From: Octopus vulgaris
Lineage: Eukaryota
Assembly (NCBI GenBank): GCA_951406725.2
Contig: OX597824.1
Span: 52,700,001 to 52,764,000, forward strand
Length of the DNA stretch: 64,000 bases
Reading direction: 5' to 3'
Shown: in pieces, positions 55,957 through 64,000 of the stretch
Numbering within the stretch: position 1 is the first letter of the stretch
How the letters are laid out: each line of letters starts with the position of its first letter
Notes under the pieces: generated by a model
Database searches by the model: none
The model's input: the letters and a program-made list of their open reading frames with translations, nothing else
What the model was told of the DNA's origin: nothing
Made by a program: the position numbers and the translations under genes

Positions 55957-57688
55957 AAATGCCGTGATGCTGTACGAGGCAGTGGCTCTCATGGCTTCTG
56001 ATCTTAGCTGATTGGAAGTGTTATCATGTACATTGTTTTGTCTCGGTATAAAAGATGGGCTACAGCAAATATTCTGCTCAGTACCACAGATTTGCTTGTC
56101 AGTTGTTTGACCGTAACCGGTTGAGCATGTCCCTTAGTGGCTGACGATATGTGCATCTCTGATCACGAGTAGAAGTAGTAGGGGAAGCATCATAGCCATG
56201 TGTTGAGAGGGATTCTTTGGGGTTTGAATAATTCACCTCTGGAAACATGGGTGTTTCGTTCAACATCCTTAAACAACCCTTATTCAGGGAGCTTTTGAGC
56301 AGGATGGGTTACTCGACCTGAAGAAAATTCTAAGTGGGCCCCACCTGCAAGGTCATGTGCTGTTTATCTTCATATGAGATCAGCATGTCGCGCACATATG
56401 GTTGTGATGCATGTGCCCTTATCAGACTGGTAGTCATGATGGGTATACTGGGCTTTGTATATTTTACCCCAGTGTCACTTTGATGGCATGCACTGTTCTC
56501 TCACTCAATAATAATAATCATAATAATGATGATGATGATGATGATGATGATGATAATGGTATCAAATTTTGGCACAAGGCCAGCAATTTCAGGGGTGGGT
56601 TAAGTCAATTATAACAATCCAACTGATCGACTGGTACTTATTTTATCAAGCCCTAAAGGATGAAAGGCAAAGTTGAACTTGTCGGAATTTGAATTCAGAA
56701 TGTAAAGTCAGACAAAATACCACTAAGCATTTTGCCCAGTGTGCTAATGGTTCTCCCAGCTCACCACCTTTATAATAATAATAATATAGAGGCTTTGGAA
56801 CTTAGCATGAGACTGGCACACATTGTGACAGAATGCCCAAAGTTGGTACAGGAAGAATATAAGAAATTGGAGGTACACCCAGGTTGTAAAAGTTTTGCAC
56901 TCGAAATTGCGCCAGAAATGGGGATTTGAAGATAGAAACACATGGCACAATCATCAAGTTGAAAGCGTACTGGTGTCGGAGAAATATAAGATTTTGTGGG
57001 ACTTTCCTATTCAAACGGACATAAAGTTAGAATATAATAAACCAGGCACAATGATTATAGATATGGAAAAGCAAAGTTGCTTACTTATCGACCCATCATG
57101 TCCATTTGATTCCAGGATCATAAAGAAAGAGGACAAAAAACAAAAAAATGCAATCCTTTAAAATTTGAAATAGAAAGAATTTGGAGCATGCAAACAGTAA
57201 AGGTCATGCCTATAATAATTGACGCATTGGGAACAGTATACAAAGATACAGACAAATTGGAGAAGATTGGAATAGAATACCCAGTGGAGCTCCTACGGAA
57301 AGTTTGTGTCTTAGGGACAGCAAGAATTATCAGGAGGGTTCTAAGCACTTGATAGACTGCTGAAACCTTGTGGATACCTAAGCTTACAGGTGGTAATCTG
57401 CTACCCACATAAAACCTACCAGGAATAAGACCAAACCTGAACCAAACCAAAATAATAATAATAATAAATATTGGAGGAAGGGCTAGTCAATTAATTATAT
57501 TGAACCTGTTGTTTCACTGGTACCTAATTAATCAACCCCAAAAGGATGAAAGGCGGAATTTGAACTCAGAATGTGAAGATGAATGAAATACCGCTAAACA
57601 TTTCACTCGGCATGCTAATGATTCTGCCAACTCACTGCCTTTACAATAATAATAATAATAATAATGATGATGATGATGATGATGATAC

Positions 57689-57743
<55 letters not shown>

Positions 57744-57954
57744 CCTTTCTACTAAAGTCACAAGGCCTGAAATTCAACTTAGAGGACTAGTCAATTACAT
57801 CGACCCTAGTGTTTCACTGATACTTAATTTATCAACCCTGAAAAGATGAAAGGCATAGTCAACCGCAGCAGAATTTGAACTCAGTACATAGCAATGAACG
57901 AAATACTTCTAAGCATTTCGTCCAGTGTACTAACGATTCTACTAGCTTGCTACC

Positions 57955-58002
<48 letters not shown>

Positions 58003-59109
58003 GCTTCAAATTTTCCCAGAAGGGCAGCCATTTTGGGGGAGGGGATGAGTCAATTACATCAGCTCCAGTGTTCAATTGGTACTTAATTTATCGACCCCGA
58101 AAGGATGAAAGGCAAAGCTGATCTTGACAGATTTTCAACTTAGAACATAGCAACGGGCAAAATATCAATAAGCATTTTGTCCAATGTGCTAACAATTCTG
58201 CAAACTCACTGCCTTATAATAATAATAATAAGTGTTATCATGTACATTGTTTTGTCTCGGTATAAAAGATGGGCTACAGCAAATATTCTGCTCAATACCA
58301 CAGATTTGCTTGTCAGTTGTTTGACCGTAACCAGTTGAGCATGTCCCTTAGTGGCTGACGATATGTGCATCTCTGATCACGAGCAGAAGTAGTGGGGGAG
58401 CATCATAGCCATGTGTTGAGAGGGATTCTTTGGGGTTTGAATAATTCACCTCTGGAAACATGGGTGTTTCTTTCAATATCCTTAAACAACCCTTATTCAG
58501 GGACCTTTTGAGCGGGATGGGCTACTCAACCTGAAGAAAATTCTAACTGGGCCCCACCTGCAAGGTCATGTGCTGTTTATCTTGATATGAGATCAGCATG
58601 TCGCGCACATATGGTTGTGATGCATGTGCCTGGTGTACCTTTATCAGACGGGTAGTCATGATGGGTATATTGGGCTTCGTATATTTTACCCCAGTGTCAC
58701 TTTGATGGCATGCACTGCTCTCTCACTCAATAATAATAATGATAAAAACATTTCCTTTAGACTGTCTAACCTACTATATCTCTCAAGACCTAGTTCCACC
58801 ATAAAAGGAAACTAAGTTGCTCCTTTTGGATTAACCTATACATTGCAAAAATTCACAGCTACTTATCAACTATACCGTGCCACAAGGTATAACACCACAC
58901 CACACCATACCACCTGCTTGGAGAGATTGGACAACAGTAAAATAAAAAAAAAAACAGGTGTACCTGAGTGGTAAGAAGCTTGCTGCCCAGCCACAAGGTT
59001 CCAGGTTCAATCCCACTGCAAGGCACTTTGAGTGGACCTTATGAGTGGATTCAGTAGATGAAAGCTGAAAGAAGCCGGTCATGTCTGCGTGTGTGTGAGT
59101 GTGTGTGTG

Positions 59110-59150
<41 letters not shown>

Positions 59151-60757
59151 ATGTGTGTGTTTGTATCACTGTTTATCTTCCACCACCACTTGACAACTCA
59201 TGTTGGTTTGTTTATGTCCACATCACTTAGCAATTCAGAAATAAAGGACTGATAGAATAAGTACCAGGCTTAAAACAATTCATTCAGATAAAAGTTCTTC
59301 AAGCTGGTGCCCCAGCATAGCTACAGTCTAATGAGTAAAACATATATATATATATAAAAAAACACAATTATAGCAACAGCAATAACAATACTAGAAACAC
59401 AACATCAGACTATTTCTTCCCCTCAACCACTGACATCACTGTTCATGAACTTTTTACAATATAAATCAGCAATGGGAGCATCTTCATGGTTAATCTAAGT
59501 GCTAGAAATAGCAGACAAATAGCTGTGAATCTCACCCTACCATTTCAGAAAACAACATACTGGATAGTGTTGCCCCTGCATTCATTTTACTTAAGGAAAA
59601 GATGGGATGGTCGTGGTTGGAATGCATTTGATCACTGGCCTACTCAGCCAAGGCTTATATGAGGATATATAACAACTCTGAGAAAGACTATTAATGTTAA
59701 TTTATTCATCATTATCTTCATCATCATCACCATCACCATCATCTTTGTTGTCATTATCATTATCATCATCAGCATCATTATCACCATAATCATCACCATC
59801 CTTGTCACCATCAATATCCTCATCCTCGCCCCTATCATCATCATCATCATCACATTCTTATCACCATCCTCATCACCATTCTCTTCATCATCATCATCGT
59901 CATCAACTTCATCTTCACCCCAATCGTCATCACCATCACCATCACCATCATAACTGCTGTTGTCAATAGCAACTTGTCTACATACATCTAACTGCAGATC
60001 AGTTTATAGATTTCTCTTTATTGATTCTCTATTTATCTGCTTGGATGGTCATGGTTATGGTTGGAATGTTGATGATGGTTGTGATGAAAGTAGCAGTGGT
60101 ATTGGTGATTGGGGTGATGGCAGCGGCGGTGGTTTTGGTGGTGGTGGTGGTGGTGGTGGTGGTGGTTGGAGTTTTGGTAGTGGTTGTTGCGACTGTGATG
60201 CTATTGATGGTTTTGGTAGTGGTTGGGGGTGATGGTGGTTGGCTTGGCTGTGTGGGGGATGACTATGGTGTCAGGTGATGTCATCAGTAATTTTGGTGGT
60301 GTTGCTTGTTTTGATGGTTGTTGTAATCATTGATGATGAGGATGATGGCAGGGATGGTGCTTGTGTTGGTGGTAGTGTTATGTAATGTTATTGTTGCTGG
60401 TGCTGTTATTGTTATTGGTGGTGGTGGTGATACTTTTGATGGTGGTAGAGATGATGGTGATAGTGTTGTTGTTGTTGGTGGTGGTGGTGGTGGTGGTGGT
60501 GATGTTTACTCAGTAATATCTGATGGTAACAAATAAAAAAAGATTCAACCCACGAAATGACAGGTGGAGATGGGTAAGTGAGAAAACATTGCAATTAATG
60601 GAGGAGGCATATTTTATAAATAATTAATTATGTTAATTGCTTCTTACCTAAAGTATTTGTACATACTGACGTTTTAAATCCATTGACATTAATCCTATGT
60701 TTTATTAAAACATCAACTGCTGTTGCTATAGTGATATGAAATGTTATGAAATGTTTC
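41189..60757 (-). CDS. Tentative spliced gene of unknown product; candidate exons 60648-60757, 54547-54594, 53824-53862, 46055-46119, 45868-45901, 42403-42486, 41189-41222
   Basis: Each segment is non-repetitive, preceded on the minus strand by pyrimidine-rich ..AG and (except the last, which ends at TGA) followed by GTAA/GTGA. Subsets join in phase without stops. No protein family recognised. Confidence 0.25.
42502..42913 (-). mobile_element. SINE family B, full length
   Basis: Near-identical to 5300-5710 over its whole length. Confidence 0.93.
43152..43428. repeat. Unclassified dispersed repeat, copy 2
   Basis: Colinear with 5855-6112. Confidence 0.8.
43476..44011. mobile_element. 536-bp imperfect palindrome (fold-back / palindromic MITE-like element)
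   Basis: Left arm aligns to the reverse complement of the right arm over ~260 bp with ~41 substitutions and no gaps (manual count); termini atattaatagttatc / gataactattaatat. Confidence 0.85.
44113..44218. repeat. Two SINE family F 3' tails joined back-to-back
   Basis: (cat)n-ttaacgttcgccttctatgctagcatgg and cccatgccagcatggaaaacatgtgttaaa-(gat)n both match the tail at 50898-50957, in opposite orientations. Confidence 0.75.
44374..44762 (-). mobile_element. SINE family B, full length, CpG-decayed
   Basis: Colinear with 42502-42913, with many CG>TG/CA changes. Confidence 0.9.
46850..47790. repeat. Microsatellite field (TG/CA, TATG, TA, TACA)
   Basis: Read directly from the sequence. Confidence 0.9.
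48236..49359 (+). mobile_element. Repeat-unique-repeat non-coding element in (TA)n with hammerhead core motifs (Penelope-associated / retrozyme-like)
   Basis: 48236-48517 and 49076-49359 look identical apart from a T-run length; period 840 bp; each contains atccttc-gaaa-cgtt...ctgaaga-aggggat; (TA)n on both flanks. Confidence 0.7.
49515..50690 (+). pseudogene. Decayed DD34D mariner transposon (3' TIR not seen)
   Basis: [12 protein letters not shown] (first D mutated to E), [24 protein letters not shown] with D34D spacing; frameshifts; starts at a TA tract. Confidence 0.93.
50697..50957 (+). mobile_element. SINE family F 3' part with (GAT)n tail
   Basis: Duplicated ggtgttaggaaaggtatccag-type motif; cccatgcaagcatggaa...cgttaaa(tga)n tail. 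Confidence 0.7.
51285..51570 (+). mobile_element. R4/Dong-type non-LTR retrotransposon internal fragment
   Basis: [24 protein letters not shown] matches the post-RT HxxSDVDRLYLxRxxGGRGL motif. Confidence 0.75.
51609..51767. repeat. Local direct duplication (second copy ~53355-53499)
   Basis: cacacctcccttctagattta...ctctgtgaacacaaaaacattttgacaattccagttcct...aaaatagatgtgcagag occurs in both. Confidence 0.9.
52213..52440 (-). mobile_element. SINE family B 3' part
   Basis: Colinear with the family B tail region. Confidence 0.8.
54695..54905 (-). mobile_element. SINE family A copy (stack member 1)
   Basis: ggtttcaaaatttgacacaagg...ctggtacttatt...tttgaactca; AAT flanks. Confidence 0.75.
54922..55136 (-). 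mobile_element. SINE family A copy (stack member 2)
   Basis: tctactataggcacaaggcctgaaa...atgaaaggcaaagtcaacctc...cagctcaccacc. Confidence 0.8.
55240..55842 (+). mobile_element. R4/Dong non-LTR retrotransposon 3' end (restriction-like endonuclease domain) in (TAA)n
   Basis: [47 protein letters not shown] is an RLE PD-(D/E)-type C-terminal domain; (AAT)n on both sides. Confidence 0.92.
55959..56506 (+). mobile_element. Non-coding ~550-bp repeat G, longer copy, (AAT)n tail
   Basis: Highly similar to 58231-58728; no long ORF; no obvious tRNA A/B boxes. Confidence 0.85.
56557..56770 (-). mobile_element. SINE family A copy (stack member)
   Basis: Colinear with family A; GAT/AAT flanks. Confidence 0.85.
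56786..57451 (+). mobile_element. Second, divergent R4/Dong 3' end in (TAA)n
   Basis: HIVTECPKL (end of CCHC finger), [39 protein letters not shown]; frameshifts; AAT flanks. Confidence 0.9.
57470..57641 (-). mobile_element. SINE family A copy (stack member)
   Basis: aaaggatgaaaggcggaatttgaactcagaa...gattctgccaactcactgcc. Confidence 0.8.
57743..57956 (-). mobile_element. SINE family A copy (stack member)
   Basis: Colinear with family A; AAT flanks. Confidence 0.85.
58001..58215 (-). mobile_element. SINE family A copy (stack member)
   Basis: tatcgaccccgaaaggatgaaaggcaaag; AAT flanks. Confidence 0.85.
58231..58728 (+). mobile_element. Repeat G, 5'-truncated copy, (AAT)n flanks
   Basis: Starts ~58 bp into the 55959 copy; same 3' end ctctcactc(aat)n. 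Confidence 0.85.
58955..59340 (+). mobile_element. Older SINE family B-related copy
   Basis: gagtggtaagaagcttgct...ggttcaatcccactg...gagtggatt...ctgaaagaagcc-(TG)n-...gatagaataagtacc. Confidence 0.8.
59705..60505. repeat. Degenerate (CAT/CAC)n tract followed by a complementary (GGT/GAT)n tract
   Basis: Read directly; source of the Gly/His/Met-rich ORFs. Confidence 0.85.
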
Positions 60758-62923
60758 CTTCAAAAAAAAAAAAGATTATTGAAGTGCAGGCATGCAGCAA
60801 GTGCTTCAGCTATGATAATGCACCATAGGTAATGTGTCAAGTTAGGTCAATCAGGATAATCTATTGCAGCATTTAAACTAAAATAAGGTACCATGGAACA
60901 TAAACTGAAGTGTGGTGCTGTGGTAAGTAAAGTGAGCTAAGCTACTGTGGCAATTAAATTGAGGAAAGGTACCATAGTAATTAAAGTGAGATGAGCTAAA
61001 TACAAGCCTCTGGGTGGTTGTTTAATGCACTAGAAACAGAAGCAAATTTCCCTGCTCTCTTAGAAAAGAAGGGTGCATTAGCTAATGTGGTCTTGGGGTA
61101 AAAAAGGAATGACCACAGTTGGAATAAAGTTGATCATAGATTTGCTCATGCAGCACTGACCCATCATAAGTAATAACAAGCATATCAATTAAAGTATGCT
61201 GTGGTTTTTGTTTAGCACCTGGTCAGCTCCTTCATTAACTTGTAAGTAACAGTAGTTAAGCAATTATTATGATAACAAACTAAAATAAATTATCACAGTA
61301 ATTAAGCCAAATTGTCATATCTGTTGTTGTTATGTAACTCCATGTCAGCCTTGATTGAGCAGATCTCTGATTAAAAGAATTCAGCCATGATCAGCAGATA
61401 TTTTTCAGGCATTGTTTATCTAGGATTGTATTACCAAGCAAGTCCTTCTTATTGCTGTTGTTGTTATTGTTGTTGTTTAGATTCAGTTTATCTCTAATGA
61501 AGCAGTTATATGATCAGAGATATTCCAGCCATGACCATCCAATCATTTTTCAAACTTGGTATATTTATATATTTAGAACTGAGATATACCCTGAGCCCTT
61601 CCCTTACTGTTTAAGCAATAAGGTGTGATTTGAGAGAGACTTGGCTGCTAAGTTTTGCATGTCAAACACCATTATACATGTTGATACATTGGATCATATA
61701 AATCAATGTTACCATGGTAGCAGCAACTAATGAACAAATCAACATGGAAGCCTTAGTAAGATTATTTACCATTCTAGAAACAGCAACCAAATATCCCCCA
61801 AATTATACTATACTGTCTTAAGAAATGAGAGACATATTGTATTGTGGGGTCCCTAAACATTATGTCTGAAAAGAATAAGATGGTATGGCCATTGATAGAA
61901 TGTCTTTGATGTATAGATTCACTGGCAGACTGCTAGAATTGGTGTTAAGTAACAAGTAACAAAGTATAGCAATGGAACAATGAACCATGTAAAACTTACA
62001 AGTGATAATTAATAGAGTATCAATACAATTTGACATAGTTATAATATAAAGATGGACAAAAATAATGTTACACAGTATATGGTTTTAGGTAGCACAGCAG
62101 AATATAAGGTATAATGAACAAAGGTAAACTGGCATGTGTGCGTGTGTGCATGTGTGTGAATGTGCATGTGAGTATGTATGTGTAAGTGTACACGTGAATG
62201 TGCATATGTTTGTGTGTGTGTATTTTTATGTGCTTGCCCTCCAACTACATAGCACATAATTATCTGACACTAAGACACAACTCAACCCTCATGACCCACA
62301 AACACTACACGGTTGCAACCTGACGGCACTAAAACACTTAAAACACATAACACAATCCACACAGTGAGGAATTCTATGAGCTAATTTAATAGGGCAAACT
62401 CCCAAACGAAGTCACCATTGAAATAAAGGAGGGTTATATATTGGTGGCTTTTGATTTTAATTTGTTAATTTGAGGGTCAGAAGAAACAAAATATATTTAG
62501 ATATACATGTATATGTATACAAGTTTCTATGCATGTGTACATGTGGTTTTATGTGTATAGGTATGACTATGCAGTGAATAAATTCCCTTCACAATCATGT
62601 GGTTCCAGGTTCAAATTATATAGTGTAGCACATTGGGTGTTGATCAATATTTTATGAGTGAAATTTGCTGGATAGAAACCTTAGACACCAAATGTGTGTG
62701 TGTAAAGACATATATATATACATAATATAAGTACATGTATATAAGTATGCATCTACAGACATGTATATATATGTATATATACATACATATATATATATAT
62801 ATATATATCACGTGATCACGTGACCGACCAGGGTATCAGATGTTGCTACACATTGCTGGCCACAATGCGCTTCGCATTGTTTTAGCTTTCGAATGATGCC
62901 ACCCCACTGGCTAAGCGAGCAGG

Positions 62924-62994
<71 letters not shown>

Positions 62995-63059
62995 TTATAT
63001 GTATATGTATGTATGTATGTATGCATGCAGTCTTGATGCAGAGATATATTATTAAATAA

Positions 63060-63850
63060 GGAAGAGAAGTGTTGCATTTGGAATGCTCGAAAAGTGAGTA
63101 TGAGCAGATAGAGGTATTTCCCTGCAGACAAAAATCAGTGTCTATAAAATGTGTGTCTTGACTGAACTTCTTTATTCAAGAGAGAGACATAAACCACTTG
63201 CAGGTGTCATATGAAAATATTTCTTTATTATTTTTTTATTTCTTTATTAGCGTCATATGAAAATACTGGAGAGATTTCATCAAAAGTGCCTGAGACGTAT
63301 CTTGGGAGTCAAGTGGGAATGTTTCATACCAGATACAGAAGTTTTGTGCATCGCACATTGTAGCTCAGTTGAACAACATGTTACCTTGGCTCAAATGAGA
63401 ATAGCTGGACATGTTATTAGAATGAAAGATGAGCAATTGTCAAAGCTCAATTAAACCGAGGAAAAGGTATAAAGACTATGTGAAGGAAAACTTGAAGAAA
63501 TTAGATATGAACAAAAGTGATTGGGAAATCTTGTTATCTTGTTGCTCACCCCAGAGTGACATTCAGCAGCTAATGGACTCTGTCTCAATTGTTATACAGT
63601 ACATTGGGTCTAACAATTGGTCTGAAAAAGACAGTCATACCGCACCAACCTGCATGTGTTTGGATGAAAATTGCTGGTTGTGGATAGATTCATCAATTTA
63701 GGCAGTACTGTGAATATGAGAAATTCTCTTTGTAGTGAAATATTATTCTGAACTAAGAAAGCCATTGACGCATTTGGAAAATTGGATAGATGTTTATTGT
63801 CCCAGCATGGAAGTTCAGTTGAAGAAAAGTGAAAGGTCTACAATACTTGT
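63060..63850 (+). mobile_element. Decayed RTE-clade LINE fragments (two pieces)
   Basis: AFGMLEK..GISLQTKISVYK..LLY..LERFHQKCLRRILGVKW..EVL..GHVIRM..KPRKRYKD, then a second RT piece (DIQQLMD..GLTIGLKKT..AFGKL). Confidence 0.88.
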
Positions 63851-64000
63851 GGATAAGATATGAAATGGTTTTAATAATAAGTGTTTTGGACACTCACTGA
63901 AAGATTAATAAAATGAATAATTCATTTAGAACTATATTGATTAACTAAAACTAGAGTTAAAGAATGCACCAACCCCAAAAGTATAAGCAATGAATATCTG

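Noticed and set aside
55961-56020. HDV-like ribozyme at the 5' end of repeat G (gccgtga pairs with tcatggc)
   Set aside because: Only a P1-like pairing is visible; no P1.1 GG, P3 or J4/2 motif in the required order.
54690-58740. CRISPR-like repeat/spacer appearance of AAT tracts alternating with other blocks
   Set aside because: The repeats are variable microsatellites, the spacers are 170-670 bp retroelements, there are no cas genes and the context is eukaryotic.
60648-60757. Faint resemblance of a candidate exon peptide to SHOC1-like proteins
   Set aside because: Only a few residues recalled from memory and not sustained in neighbouring exons; no gene name assigned.

Overview
This is AT-rich animal genomic DNA, not prokaryotic. 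The tRNA-headed SINE families and extreme microsatellite density resemble octopus (coleoid cephalopod) genomes; that is recognition from memory, not a database result. No intact protein-coding gene is evident, and nearly all listed ORFs are translations of microsatellites. The window is mostly repeats. It holds many tRNA-derived SINE copies (my labels: families A, B, C, E, F). Decayed DNA transposons include hAT Charlie/Buster-like, DD37D maT, Tc1, Tigger/pogo and DD34D mariner, plus a non-autonomous Helitron and a Helentron-type element. Retroelement remnants include a Penelope-like RT plus GIY-YIG element, R4/Dong, CR1/L2 and RTE. Four structures stand out. (1) A 1.1 kb repeat-unique-repeat insertion in (TA)n carries hammerhead-ribozyme core motifs (48236-49359). 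(2) A 4 kb polarised stack of ten retroelements is separated only by (AAT)n tracts (54690-58740). (3) A 536 bp indel-free imperfect palindrome lies at 43476-44011. (4) The apparently CpG-depleted right third contains phase-compatible short candidate exons of an unidentified minus-strand gene. All alignments and translations were done by eye, so boundaries of decayed elements are approximate.
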